Positions 1-9,947 of a stretch of DNA of 64,000 nt are shown one piece after another. Both the position numbers and the translations under genes were made by a program. Source of the DNA: a virus (taxonomy: Duplodnaviria; Caudoviricetes); IMG/VR virus record IMGVR_UViG_3300034095_001474, positions 32,001 to 96,000 of that record. One strand, given 5' to 3'. The number at the start of each line of letters is the position of its first letter. The first letter of the stretch is position 1. The notes below the pieces were generated by a model. The model was not told the DNA's origin. It made no database searches and was given only the letters and a program-made list of their open reading frames with translations.

Positions 1-130
1 ATGAAGATACACTCGCTAATGGTTTGTTTTTTTCAGTTAAGAAAATTGCTTTGTAATACTGTCCCATAATATATTGTTTTTATTTGTTTTAACAAAGATA
101 AGTAATTTATTTCAATCTACCAAATTTATT

Positions 131-358
131 TTAATCTTTTTTCAAAATAATTTCGTGTAGATAAACTTGTGCCTCACTTCCAAAATCATTGTATTGGATA
201 AGGATTGGATACATACTAAAATCGTCATTATCAAATTCCTCATCAATGTCTTCAATAAAGTTGATAGTGTAATCGTTTCCTTTGATTGGGTCGGGGTCAT
301 TCCAAACCAATTGCTTATTTTCTGCTACTGCTTGTTTTAATTCTGCTAAACTTTTCAT
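131..358 (-). CDS. hypothetical protein
   Basis: ORF with own upstream promoter repeat. Confidence 0.75.
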   Translation of the reverse strand: MKSLAELKQAVAENKQLVWNDPDPIKGNDYTINFIEDIDEEFDNDDFSMYPILIQYNDFGSEAQVYLHEIILKKD

Positions 359-414
359 AGTATTTGTTTTTGTTTTAACAAAGATAAGTAATTTATTTCA
401 ATCCACCAAATTAT

Positions 415-699
415 TTACAATATTTTTTCAATAAATTTTGAGTGCATAAAAATATCACCAATAGTTACTACATCATTCGGTGTAACTTTACCTAAACGAT
501 ATTCAAGTATTTCTTGTCTATGTGTTTTAGATATGTTTTCTTCGGTATCTGTTAATTCATATATAAAACGTCTACCTTTTGCAACATTCTCATTTGCAAC
601 AAATTTTTGTAATCTATTGCTATACCATATATCAAACGTGTTATCGTTGATAGTGTTATCAGATAATTCAATGTCTTGTAATATTAATTCTAATGCCAT
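415..699 (-). CDS. hypothetical protein
   Basis: ORF with own promoter repeat. Confidence 0.75.
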   Translation of the reverse strand: MALELILQDIELSDNTINDNTFDIWYSNRLQKFVANENVAKGRRFIYELTDTEENISKTHRQEILEYRLGKVTPNDVVTIGDIFMHSKFIEKIL

Positions 700-771
700 A
701 AGTTCTATTTTTTAGTGTGAAACAAAGATAAGGATAATATTTCAATTATCCAAATCTTTTTATAATTATTT

Positions 772-900
772 TTAATAACCACCAGTGAATGTTATTAAGA
801 TTCCACCATTTTTTTCTTCCGACTCAAATGTTATTCCCGTTATAATTAAGTCCATTAACATTTCAGTAAAAGTTTCTGTTGATACAAATAAAGTTCTCAT
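772..900 (-). CDS. small hypothetical protein (42 aa, MRTLFVSTETF...)
   Basis: hand-translated ATG..TAA filling the gap between two promoter repeats; below ORF-track cutoff. Confidence 0.65.
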   Translation of the reverse strand: MRTLFVSTETFTEMLMDLIITGITFESEEKNGGILITFTGGY

Positions 901-974
901 AATATATTGTTTTAGTTTGTTTCAACAAAGATAAGCATAATCTTTCGATTATGCAAATCTTTTTGTAATTATTT

Positions 975-1622
975 TTAGTGAACCAATTCAACAATTCTTT
1001 GTTGTGTGTATTTATGACTTTGTACCAATTCATCCAATGTCATAAATGTTTTACAACTTTCTCTATCTCTATGTAACCATTCGTTGGTATTATAAGTCAA
1101 ACCAACAATTTTAAATGCTCTAACTTCTTTACCACTTTCAAGTATTACTTTAACAATCTCACGTTTAAAATCAACATAGACTTTGTGGTATTTTTTACCA
1201 AAATAATCGTAGCGACTATCACTATCAGTATATTTTTTGTTTTTGCTAACAAAAAATAATTCGGTTTCATTACTATAATTGTTCTCTAGGGGTTTTTCTT
1301 TGTTTCGTTCCACCATTTTATCCAATGTATGGTGGTCTTCATTAGTATTAGGATATCTAAAACCTAACTCAACGTCAATAACTTTACCAAACTCTTTACC
1401 AAACTCTTTGATATCGTTCTTTATTTGACCAACAAAGACTTTCATCATTGTAAGGTTATGTTTCGCAATAGTTTCTTTAAACCTTTCTTCCTCTTTCAAA
1501 CACTCGTTGATAGTTTCAAAACCAAAACGTGTTGCACCATTGCTAGGTTTAGGGTTTATCTTTGTAAACTCTTTAATTAAACTATTAACTAAACCTTGTT
1601 GTAAACTTGTTAAATTTTCCAT
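975..1622 (-). CDS. hypothetical protein
   Basis: 215-aa ORF, own promoter. Confidence 0.8.
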   Translation of the reverse strand: MENLTSLQQGLVNSLIKEFTKINPKPSNGATRFGFETINECLKEEERFKETIAKHNLTMMKVFVGQIKNDIKEFGKEFGKVIDVELGFRYPNTNEDHHTLDKMVERNKEKPLENNYSNETELFFVSKNKKYTDSDSRYDYFGKKYHKVYVDFKREIVKVILESGKEVRAFKIVGLTYNTNEWLHRDRESCKTFMTLDELVQSHKYTQQRIVELVH

Positions 1623-1679
1623 TTGTTTTTGTTTTTATTTGTTTATGTAAAGATAAGTATAATATTTCAATCTACCAAA

Positions 1680-1955
1680 TTATTGCCAACCTTTTTTTGT
1701 AATAGTTGGTTTTCCGTTGATTAATGCCCATTTCTCAAACCATTCTCCCCATTCTCCACGTCTACTGCGTGTTACAAAAACTTCGTCTTCACCAATATGA
1801 TTATGCAATATATAATCTTTCAATGCTTTTTTTAATTCAGCATAATTTTTGAATGATTTTGTAATGTTAGGACTTGATACTCGGTATCTGTCCATTCTGT
1901 AATCGTGTAGACTTTCACTTGTCATATACGTTACTTGTGGTTTAAAATTGCTCAT
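1680..1955 (-). CDS. hypothetical protein
   Basis: ORF, own promoter. Confidence 0.75.
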   Translation of the reverse strand: MSNFKPQVTYMTSESLHDYRMDRYRVSSPNITKSFKNYAELKKALKDYILHNHIGEDEVFVTRSRRGEWGEWFEKWALINGKPTITKKGWQ

Positions 1956-2118
1956 CTTATCTATGTATTAATTGGTTATAACAAAGATAATAAATATATT
2001 CCATACTACAAAATAATATGGGATATATTTTTAAAATTCTTTTATCCTTAAATATTGCTCATAAGCATCATCATAAGAATTTGCCCATATACGATAGCCA
2101 TCAATCGTAAATAATTGT

Positions 2119-2460
2119 TTAGTTTCCATATAAAATAGTTATAAATTGTTTACTATACTCTATTGCTTTTTCAAAAGACGTTACTTCTCTAATGTAACAA
2201 TCGTATTCTCCATATAAAAGACTTGCTTTGAATAAATCTGGAGTTGGTCTTTCCATTTCCAACATTCTAGTAAAACAAATTGGTTGCACAACTGCTCTAT
2301 CTCCATTGGGTAACATTACAAATAATCTCACAACTTTTTCAGTACCATAAGTACCAATACCCATTTCTTTCAATAAAAATCTTTGGGATAACGTTTTGAT
2401 AACTGCACTACGATTTCCCTCGTTAGTGTTTAAATCTACTACTTTAAATTCAATTGACAT
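2119..2460 (-). CDS. hypothetical protein
   Basis: ORF, own promoter. Confidence 0.75.
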   Translation of the reverse strand: MSIEFKVVDLNTNEGNRSAVIKTLSQRFLLKEMGIGTYGTEKVVRLFVMLPNGDRAVVQPICFTRMLEMERPTPDLFKASLLYGEYDCYIREVTSFEKAIEYSKQFITILYGN

Positions 2461-2521
2461 AATTTCTAAGTATTAATTGGTTATAACAAAGATAAGTATA
2501 ATGTTTTGATTGTGCAAGTTT

Positions 2522-2743
2522 TTACCAATATTTTTTTAATCCATTTGCAATATCAGTTACAGAAAATAAAATCAATATAATTAATATTCCTACGAATGAA
2601 AATGGTGGTATCAATAACACTCGATTCAACCATTTAGGAATATTATCCACTGAGTCTATTATTGTTTTATATATCGCTATATTCATCATTATTAGTGTTA
2701 TACTAATTAATATCACGCAAAAAATTATTAAAAAAGTTTCCAT
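2522..2743 (-). CDS. small membrane protein
   Basis: two hydrophobic segments, own promoter. Confidence 0.7.
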   Translation of the reverse strand: METFLIIFCVILISITLIMMNIAIYKTIIDSVDNIPKWLNRVLLIPPFSFVGILIILILFSVTDIANGLKKYW

Positions 2744-2833
2744 AATTTATAGTTTTAATTGGTTTATATTTCCTTTGTGTAAAGATAAGTATAATATCCC
2801 AATAAACCTAACATTTATTGGGATATTTTTAAT

Positions 2834-3082
2834 TTATATTGGACTAACTTCATCTAATAAAATACATAAATTTTCTTTATGCGAAAGTAAATTTTGATAA
2901 TTTTCTTGGTAGTTCATTAACGTATCGTAATCAACATTTGCATTCTCTGAAACATAAGTAACAAAGTCGTGAAATAAATCACAAGTATCTATATCTCCAT
3001 TGTCAATAGCATTCATAATAATTAAGTCATCTTCTACTGACAATAAATCTTTTTTAAGTAAAGTTAAAATTTCTTTTTCCAT
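2834..3082 (-). CDS. hypothetical protein
   Basis: ORF, own promoter. Confidence 0.75.
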   Translation of the reverse strand: MEKEILTLLKKDLLSVEDDLIIMNAIDNGDIDTCDLFHDFVTYVSENANVDYDTLMNYQENYQNLLSHKENLCILLDEVSPI

Positions 3083-3139
3083 AATTTCTAGTTTTTTTGT
3101 TGGTTTATAATTTCTTTGTGTAAAGATAAGTATAATGTT

Positions 3140-3361
3140 TTAAATATGCAAATTTTTTATTGGTAATTTGCATTCTTTTATAATATCTTTAATATCATCG
3201 ATATTAAAATCAGTAATAAGTAAATTACCTATTGACCATAAATTTCCCTTATCAGTCAATCCAAAACTCAATCCTTTAAAATCAATTCTCCAATATGGTG
3301 CGTCCTCATACCCATTATAGGTTTTCTCATTCCAACACTCTCTTTTTATTTGATAACTCAT
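3140..3361 (-). CDS. hypothetical protein
   Basis: ORF, own promoter. Confidence 0.7.
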   Translation of the reverse strand: MSYQIKRECWNEKTYNGYEDAPYWRIDFKGLSFGLTDKGNLWSIGNLLITDFNIDDIKDIIKECKLPIKNLHI

Positions 3362-3423
3362 AATTTCTATTATTTATTTGTTTCTCCAAAGATAAGTATA
3401 ATATTTCAATCTACCAAATATTT

Positions 3424-3867
3424 TTATATTTTTATTACAATACTATTTTTATTATTATGTCCCGATACAAATTTTCTAGGTCTACCACTTTTATCGTATT
3501 TATTAAATTCAGTAAAACAACCACAAGCACATTTAATTATATCATTTTTTTCACCATAGTTTCTTCTATGGTCTTGCCCTCTATCAACCGTTCTGTTTAA
3601 ACTCATTAATTCGTGTTTACTATTTAATATAAGTAAATTATCTAAATCACAATTTAATGTGTCTTTATCTTTAAAAGTAACGATTTCGTTTGGTAATAGT
3701 TTTCTACCTAATTTAATTTCAGCATTTACTCTATGTAAATAACCATATGTATTCATAACACATAAATGATGACCTTTACCAACAATAGTTAATTGATAAA
3801 CTTTTTTTCCAGCTTTATGTATTGGATTACCACCTTTCCACATAAAATTATCATTTCCAAATTTCAT
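3424..3867 (-). CDS. HNH homing-endonuclease-like protein, apparently degenerate active site
   Basis: LHR..AE.KLGRKLLPNEIV-TF-KDKDTLN.DLDNL motif (usual HH replaced by TF); C-terminal CACGC...GRPRKFVSGHN; ATG at 3867, the upstream TTG lies in the promoter repeat. Confidence 0.7.
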   Translation of the reverse strand: MKFGNDNFMWKGGNPIHKAGKKVYQLTIVGKGHHLCVMNTYGYLHRVNAEIKLGRKLLPNEIVTFKDKDTLNCDLDNLLILNSKHELMSLNRTVDRGQDHRRNYGEKNDIIKCACGCFTEFNKYDKSGRPRKFVSGHNNKNSIVIKI

Positions 3868-3920
3868 AGTTTTTTTTATTTGTTTCTCCAAAGATAAGTA
3901 TAATATTTCAATCTACCAAA

Positions 3921-4406
3921 TTATACTGCAAATATTTTTACATTATTATATTTGTATATTGGTGTACCTTGTGTTTCTAATATATCAATCTTGTTCTTAA
4001 ATCGTTTGTTCATAGTATCTGCAATAGTATATATACCACTTTTCTTTCCAGCTCCAACTATTCTAACTTTTTGTCCATATACCAATTTACCACCATTAAT
4101 TTTTAGTAAATCTCTTGATACTGCAATCCATTTATGCTCACTCGCTTTTTGTGGGTCTATCTTATACATACAAGCCGTAACAAAAGGGTCTGCATCACAT
4201 TGTCCCTCTACTGCATTGTACATAGTCGCCACAACTCTATATACTTCTTTTTTAACGAGTTTTATTCTATTAGCAATAGTCTTTATTGTTTTAGGTTGTT
4301 CAGCTTCATTAGACACGCTAAAATCGTGTGTTAATAAAAACTTGAAAAAACACATAGTTAAAAACACTACCATAAAATTTTTGAATTCTTTAATTTCCAT
4401 AATCAT
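3921..4406 (-). CDS. 3D-domain (MltA-like) protein with N-terminal hydrophobic anchor
   Basis: ATMYNA..QCD.DP..TA, IAVSRDLL, DTMN.RF..KIDIL motifs. Confidence 0.75.
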   Translation of the reverse strand: MIMEIKEFKNFMVVFLTMCFFKFLLTHDFSVSNEAEQPKTIKTIANRIKLVKKEVYRVVATMYNAVEGQCDADPFVTACMYKIDPQKASEHKWIAVSRDLLKINGGKLVYGQKVRIVGAGKKSGIYTIADTMNKRFKNKIDILETQGTPIYKYNNVKIFAV

Positions 4407-4533
4407 TTCGTTTTAATGTTCTACAAAGTTAATAACAATTTTCCAATATTCCTAATTTATTTTGTTGAAAAATAAAATAAAAATAAATGCTATTTTATTT
4501 GGTAGATTGAAATAAGTTTCTTATCTTTGTTAT

Positions 4534-4604
4534 GTCAATGAGAAATCAAGACGGGTTCACTTCAACAAAGTGCATAGGGTAGACTCCAACACATCTATAC
4601 TTTT
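4534..4604 (+). ncRNA. unannotated small RNA family, copy 1
   Basis: plus-strand TTTG(4498)-N20-TATCTTTG(4522) promoter; ACGGGT, hairpin, AGACTCCAAC, T-run. Confidence 0.7.
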
Positions 4605-4618
4605 AAAAACCGCTGCAA

Positions 4619-4648
4619 ATAAAAAAAGAGGGACACAACTCCCTCTTT
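4619..4648 (-). terminator. intrinsic terminator
   Basis: AAAGAGGGA-CACAAC-TCCCTCTTT stem with A-run (U-tract on minus strand). Confidence 0.7.
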
Positions 4649-4708
4649 CCAATCAAACAAACAAACAAACGAACAATTTGTATTTTAAATGTTTTATAAT
4701 ATTTTATT

Positions 4709-4921
4709 TTAAACTTCTTGTTCTCTTATCTTATCCAAAGTTTCGTGGGATAATCCCACAAACAATGTTATTGATTCTTCTCCGTCTTCCCATAACTCTA
4801 GCATATCAAAACGGATATCAGTTTCTTCGTCATCGGGGTTTGCTACGTTTCCTAATAAAGTAATCTCTGCATCTTGGTTTTTGATTGCTTCTAACTGCTT
4901 GATTAAATCTTTTACTTTCAT
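4709..4921 (-). CDS. hypothetical protein (MKVKDLIKQL family)
   Basis: ORF; start trimmed to first ATG after promoter. Confidence 0.7.
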   Translation of the reverse strand: MKVKDLIKQLEAIKNQDAEITLLGNVANPDDEETDIRFDMLELWEDGEESITLFVGLSHETLDKIREQEV

Positions 4922-4966
4922 ATCTTTTAGTATTTGTTTTAACAAAGGTAAGTAATTTATTTCAAT

Positions 4967-5170
4967 CTACCAAATTTTTTCACTAGTATTTTTATATTTT
5001 TTTACAACGTTTTGATACTTGTCCATCAAGTCGTCATATAATCCATCGTTGATATCTTTCAACTTGTTCAAATATTTTCCAACATTTGCTTCGTGAGGTG
5101 TTTTGGTTTTTAATTTTATCGCTCTAATTCCACACTCAATGAATTTAACGTATGTTTGTTCTATAGTCAT
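4967..5170 (-). CDS. hypothetical protein
   Basis: ORF. Confidence 0.7.
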   Translation of the reverse strand: MTIEQTYVKFIECGIRAIKLKTKTPHEANVGKYLNKLKDINDGLYDDLMDKYQNVVKKYKNTSEKIW

Positions 5171-5185
5171 CTTTTCGAATTTAGG

Positions 5186-5473
5186 TTATTGAGCACATAG
5201 GCTCCACGCTTCTAGTTTGTTGATATTTCTTCCATTCAAATTTAATTCTTTGCAAATAAACTTCGCTAACTTTCTGTTGCCAATAGTTCCTTGGTCAATT
5301 ACGTTTGTACCAATTTGTTCTACAATATGGTACGTGTCCATTCCCAACACTCTACTGCAAAACTTTACATCTTGTCCTAGATAAAACTCTTTAGTAGTTT
5401 TTGGTGTTGATACTACTAGTGTCCAATTATGGTCAAATCCGTAGTTGCTGCTAATTTTAATTTCTGCTTGCAT
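5186..5473 (-). CDS. hypothetical protein
   Basis: ORF; start trimmed to ATG after promoter. Confidence 0.7.
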   Translation of the reverse strand: MQAEIKISSNYGFDHNWTLVVSTPKTTKEFYLGQDVKFCSRVLGMDTYHIVEQIGTNVIDQGTIGNRKLAKFICKELNLNGRNINKLEAWSLCAQ

Positions 5474-5556
5474 ATCGTTCTGTTTTAGTTTGTTTAACAA
5501 AGGTAAGTAAAATAATCCAATCTACCAAATATAAACTGGATTATTTTTATTTTTTT

Positions 5557-5823
5557 TTAAATTAATCCATTAACATTGTCAAAGATTGTATTACCTTTGT
5601 CGTTGATAACTTCAATAGTTGCATTGTGGTCATTTTCTTCAATACTCATTTGTTGATTAACATCAGTAAGAATACCCTCGTGAAAACAATCATCTCCAAA
5701 CATTTCAATCAAGTCATCAGCATTGGTGATTTCTTCGTTTTGAATCGCTTTGATTACTTCTTGTTCCAATTCTTGTGGTATAGTAATTCGTTCCCACGCT
5801 GTAATTTTAAAATCTATTTGCAT
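5557..5823 (-). CDS. hypothetical protein
   Basis: ORF, own promoter. Confidence 0.75.
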   Translation of the reverse strand: MQIDFKITAWERITIPQELEQEVIKAIQNEEITNADDLIEMFGDDCFHEGILTDVNQQMSIEENDHNATIEVINDKGNTIFDNVNGLI

Positions 5824-5906
5824 AATTTCTAGTATTTATTTGTTTATGTAAAGATAAGTAAAATAATTCAATCTACCAAATATAAATTGAATTATTTTTA
5901 ATTTAT

Positions 5907-6155
5907 TTATAGGTGTGTCATTTCGCCACAACCCAAACATTCCATATAAGGTTTACCACCTTGTGAAACTGCTACTTGTTCATCTGCCAGCAACATCCAA
6001 TGATTACCACCACACTCACCACATTTTGCGTCTTGACTTCCCATACGTTCTGTCATTGTCAATTGGTTCGCACCTTTAAAGTGTGGGTACACGTGGTCTA
6101 ACACATTTCCTTTCACCTCAACTAATACTGCTTGAAAAAATTTTGGTTTGCTCAT
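5907..6155 (-). CDS. hypothetical zinc-ribbon protein
   Basis: CGECGG...CLGCG. Confidence 0.7.
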   Translation of the reverse strand: MSKPKFFQAVLVEVKGNVLDHVYPHFKGANQLTMTERMGSQDAKCGECGGNHWMLLADEQVAVSQGGKPYMECLGCGEMTHL

Positions 6156-6199
6156 AAGTTCTATGTTTTATTTGTTATAACAAAGATAAGTAAAATATT

Positions 6200-6439
6200 T
6201 CAATTATAAAAATATTTTGTGGTATTTTTTGTTAAAATTTTACACAATTCTTCATAGTCATTATTTCGCTCTTCTTCCGTAGCATAAGAGTAACTTGTAT
6301 CTTCCACATCAATAAGATAAGGAAAATCTAAATTAAAATCCTCTTCTTTTGATATAGCCATTTTAGTTATATCATTCTCAATTGATTCTTGATTCCATTT
6401 GATTTTATCAAGGTCAAAGTTTAAATCTCCGTTTGTCAT
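6200..6439 (-). CDS. hypothetical protein
   Basis: ORF, own promoter. Confidence 0.7.
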   Translation of the reverse strand: MTNGDLNFDLDKIKWNQESIENDITKMAISKEEDFNLDFPYLIDVEDTSYSYATEEERNNDYEELCKILTKNTTKYFYN

Positions 6440-6518
6440 AAGTTCTATGTTTTATTTGTTATATCAAAGATAGTAAATAATAATGACACTACCAAATGAT
6501 AGTGTCATTATTTTTAAA

Positions 6519-7361
6519 TTATTTTTCTACTTTCTCTAATTCTTTTTGTATTACAACAACCATTTCATAATTCTCATCAGCCATTGCTTTTTCTTTGAAT
6601 CTCTCCAATACAAGTTTGTGCCAATCGCAATCCTCAAATGGTTCAACTTTATTGTCATACGCAATATCAATCATATTGATAACAAACTCATTTATTTCAT
6701 CATCGTACAAATCATTGAATACATCATCAAAATCATACTCATCAGCACCACCATAATGAATTTCCATTGCCAACTCCAATGCTTCTCGACTACCACCTTC
6801 GGGTATATTTTCTTCAATTTCTTCACCATTTATCAAAGTGAATGTACCTACATTGTGTCCAAAGTCTTCATCAGCAAATTGTATTTCAAATTTTGCTTCG
6901 GGATATTTTTCAGATAGTTTTGTGAATAGATTGAATGGTGTACTCCACGCAGTATTAAAACTTACATACTCACTATCATCACTCCAATACACTTCACTTG
7001 CATTCCATTTTGTACCCCAATTTTCATTCTGCCACCCATACCAATCGCTATGTCCAAATCTTTGTCTATATTCATCAGCCAACTCTTGCGTTAACCCTCT
7101 TGTTACCCCAAACTTTTTTTCACCCTCTGTCAATTCATCTTTAGCAATTCTTTCTTCTTGCTTGTCAAATTCTTCTTGACTAATAATTCTTGTAGGACTT
7201 GTTGTTCCTTGTAACTCTGTTGGTATAGGTGCAATTTGATTAAAATCAAAATCTCTATCTTCACCATTGCTATATGGTGTACCTTTCACTTCTTCTCTAA
7301 TTTTTGCTAACAATGTTTCATCAGCGAAAATACTTACTTTGTTTGCTACCCAGTTTGGCAT
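6519..7361 (-). CDS. DUF1281/YubB ferredoxin-like domain protein
   Basis: MPNWV.N, WYGWQNENWGTKWN, F.TAWSTP, FADEDFG motifs. Confidence 0.7.
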   Translation of the reverse strand: MPNWVANKVSIFADETLLAKIREEVKGTPYSNGEDRDFDFNQIAPIPTELQGTTSPTRIISQEEFDKQEERIAKDELTEGEKKFGVTRGLTQELADEYRQRFGHSDWYGWQNENWGTKWNASEVYWSDDSEYVSFNTAWSTPFNLFTKLSEKYPEAKFEIQFADEDFGHNVGTFTLINGEEIEENIPEGGSREALELAMEIHYGGADEYDFDDVFNDLYDDEINEFVINMIDIAYDNKVEPFEDCDWHKLVLERFKEKAMADENYEMVVVIQKELEKVEK

Positions 7362-7435
7362 AATTTCTAAGTTTTAGTTTGTTTAACAAAGATAAGCATA
7401 ATCTTTTGATTATGCAAATCTTTTTGTAATTATTT

Positions 7436-7813
7436 TTAGTTTATTTTATATAAACCAAAATCAACACTCGCAATAGTAGTTATAAACTTATTATCAACTA
7501 TCTCACCATTCAACAACCAATTAGGTTGTACCCTTGGATTGTATTTAAATCTGTCGCAAATCTTGTCAAATTGTGTAAACGTATGGTTAATAATCGTTAT
7601 GTCTTCACATAGCACCCACGCACATATAACTTTCTCACCACCATTGAATATCTTTTTAGCAACTCCTTTGTGGTTTTTCAACTGACAACTTTTCATTATC
7701 AATTGTACATCACTTGGTCTATGATATTCAACGTGTCCGTTGGGATATACGATTTTCCATTTCATAAAGTTATTACCTCTTCCTAAATTGAACCTCACTT
7801 TTATCTTTCTCAT
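7436..7813 (-). CDS. hypothetical protein
   Basis: ORF; start at MRKIKV. Confidence 0.75.
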   Translation of the reverse strand: MRKIKVRFNLGRGNNFMKWKIVYPNGHVEYHRPSDVQLIMKSCQLKNHKGVAKKIFNGGEKVICAWVLCEDITIINHTFTQFDKICDRFKYNPRVQPNWLLNGEIVDNKFITTIASVDFGLYKIN

Positions 7814-7947
7814 AATATCTATGTTTGTTTGTCTATACAAAGATAAGCATAATATTCCGTTCTACCAAATAAAATAGCAAAATAAATAAAAAAAAAATAA
7901 TTGCAAATAAATTAGGAATATCGAAATAAGTTTCTTATCTTTGTTAT

Positions 7948-8019
7948 GTAGATGATTGATATCGATACGGGTTCACCGCAAGGTGCATAGGCTAGACTCC
8001 AACACGTCTATACTTTTTT
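7948..8019 (+). ncRNA. unannotated small RNA family, copy 2
   Basis: plus-strand promoter; ACGGGTT-CACC-GCAA-GGTG hairpin; AGACTCCAAC; T6. Confidence 0.7.
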
Positions 8020-8028
8020 ATATAAAAC

Positions 8029-8050
8029 AAAAAAAAGGGTTTCCCCTTTT
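8029..8050. terminator. bidirectional intrinsic terminator
   Basis: AAAAGGG-TTTC-CCCTTTT between convergent sRNA and ORF. Confidence 0.6.
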
Positions 8051-8054
8051 CTCC

Positions 8055-8381
8055 CTATCCTAATTTTCTATAAGATATTGGATATCCCGTATCACCCCAT
8101 TTTATGTTTCCATAGGCAAATTCGTTTATGTCTTGGTCTTCAAAGATACTCAAATAATATTGATATGCTATTTCAAGACTTTCTTTTTTTGTCGTCCTTG
8201 GTGGATAAAAACCAAATAGATTTTCTTTTGGTAAACCACAATAAACAATATAGATTTTGTTGCTTCTGCTACCATATTGGTGAGCATCTGCATATTGTTT
8301 AAACTTGTTGAACGATATTGGTTTCCTTTGTACTGCTAAACCAATCAATTCCATTTTCTGCATTAATTCTATTGTTGTCAT
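8055..8381 (-). CDS. hypothetical protein
   Basis: ORF; start at MTTIEL. Confidence 0.75.
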   Translation of the reverse strand: MTTIELMQKMELIGLAVQRKPISFNKFKQYADAHQYGSRSNKIYIVYCGLPKENLFGFYPPRTTKKESLEIAYQYYLSIFEDQDINEFAYGNIKWGDTGYPISYRKLG

Positions 8382-8454
8382 AAGTTCTGTTTGTTTTAAC
8401 AAAGATAATAAATATATTCCATACTACCAAATAATATGGAATATATTTTTAAAA

Positions 8455-8667
8455 TTAATTTACATCATAATCACCAACAATTTCCAATTGTTCATCAGTT
8501 AAAACATCATCTGCAATCATTTCAACATAATACTTTGTATAAGGTATTTCATTTTCAAATTCCTCAACTTGTTCTTTGAAACTTTCTTTGGTGTTAGCAA
8601 CTATACCTCTACCAATGTTCTCGTTGCTATTTTTATCAAAAGCAATAATTTGTACATATACATTCAT
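8455..8667 (-). CDS. hypothetical protein
   Basis: ORF, own promoter. Confidence 0.7.
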   Translation of the reverse strand: MNVYVQIIAFDKNSNENIGRGIVANTKESFKEQVEEFENEIPYTKYYVEMIADDVLTDEQLEIVGDYDVN

Positions 8668-8743
8668 AACTTCTATTGTTTAGTGTGAAACAAAGATAAG
8701 CATAATCTTTCGATTATGCAAATCTTTTTGTATTTATTTTTAA

Positions 8744-8992
8744 TTATTTTTCAATTACAAAGTAACCATACTTAAACGGTTGATTTCCATAATCAACTTC
8801 ACCCATATCAACAAATTCCTCTCCGTCCTCTGTTTCGTGTACGGATACAACTTGATATTCTTCCGTATCAAATTCTTTTACCCTATCAATTTCTTCGGGA
8901 TGCAAAAATAGGAAATCCCCATACTCTACACTATCTTCTTCTGCTACTACCAATCCACCACCATATTGTGCGAAAAATTCTGTCTTTGTCAT
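8744..8992 (-). CDS. hypothetical acidic protein
   Basis: ORF, own promoter. Confidence 0.7.
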   Translation of the reverse strand: MTKTEFFAQYGGGLVVAEEDSVEYGDFLFLHPEEIDRVKEFDTEEYQVVSVHETEDGEEFVDMGEVDYGNQPFKYGYFVIEK

Positions 8993-9069
8993 AATCTTTA
9001 TATTTAATTTGTTTGTGAAACAAAGATAAGCATAATCTTTTGATTATGCAAATCTTTTTACAATTATTT

Positions 9070-9318
9070 TCAATAATTTATTAAAACAATAATATTACAC
9101 AAATCATTCATATAGCGTTCTACATTTTGATAGTGTATTTCCGTTTCATTTATTGCTTCTATTTCAGCATATAAATCACTTGGTAAGTCGTCAGCATCTA
9201 AAAAGTGTTTACCCTCCTTAAACACGCTAATTTCACGTTCAAATGTTCCACGTGGGTTTATTTGACTATAAACGTAATCTTTGATTAGTTTTTTCTGTTT
9301 GCTTGTTAACTTTCTCAT
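9070..9318 (-). CDS. hypothetical protein
   Basis: ORF; start at MRKLTS. Confidence 0.7.
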   Translation of the reverse strand: MRKLTSKQKKLIKDYVYSQINPRGTFEREISVFKEGKHFLDADDLPSDLYAEIEAINETEIHYQNVERYMNDLCNIIVLINY

Positions 9319-9396
9319 AGTATTTGTTTTTAATTGTGTATACAAATATAAATAAAAAAATCCATACTACCAAATGTAATATGGATTATTTTTAAA

Positions 9397-9864
9397 TTAT
9401 TTTATAGATTGTGAACTACAATTATATAACAAGTTTTCTACAATCAAATCCCACGTTGCTGTTGGGTCTTGCTCTACCTCATTAGGATAATATTTCAATA
9501 CTTCGTTGATTTCTGCAATAGTTGGATTCAATTTTAAATCAATTGCAACTTGTACCACGTCCTCAATGCTTGGTAGTATAAAAAATTCACTACTTGATAT
9601 AGGTTCGTCAAACTCCATATTTTCAATACAACCCTCATACCATAAGTCTGGACAATCGCATAATTCCATTTTAGTATTACAACCAAAACATTCTATACTA
9701 TTATCATCATCTTTAAATGATATAAATTCAATATCACTAATTGATTTCATTTCGTGTAATAAAATTGTACCACAATTTCCACACGTTACAATGTTGATAT
9801 TAGATTTTCCTCTAATGTCGTCCATTAGGTCTAATTGTTTCTGTGCTAATTCTCTTGTTGTCAT
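9397..9864 (-). CDS. hypothetical zinc-finger protein
   Basis: CGNCG...CFGC...CDC. Confidence 0.75.
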   Translation of the reverse strand: MTTRELAQKQLDLMDDIRGKSNINIVTCGNCGTILLHEMKSISDIEFISFKDDDNSIECFGCNTKMELCDCPDLWYEGCIENMEFDEPISSSEFFILPSIEDVVQVAIDLKLNPTIAEINEVLKYYPNEVEQDPTATWDLIVENLLYNCSSQSIK

Positions 9865-9947
9865 AATGTTTGTTTTTGATTACATTACAAAGATAAACAA
9901 AATAATTCAATCTACCAAATGTAAATTGAATTATTTTTAAATTATTT

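Noticed and set aside
4575-4600. GTAGA/TCTA stems of the sRNA family as Cas12a repeats
   Set aside because: The arm order is reversed relative to TCTAC-loop-GTAGA and the AATTT leader is absent.
4652-4675. (AAAC)n microsatellite
   Set aside because: It is short and lies in an AT-rich 3' UTR, with no evidence of phase variation.
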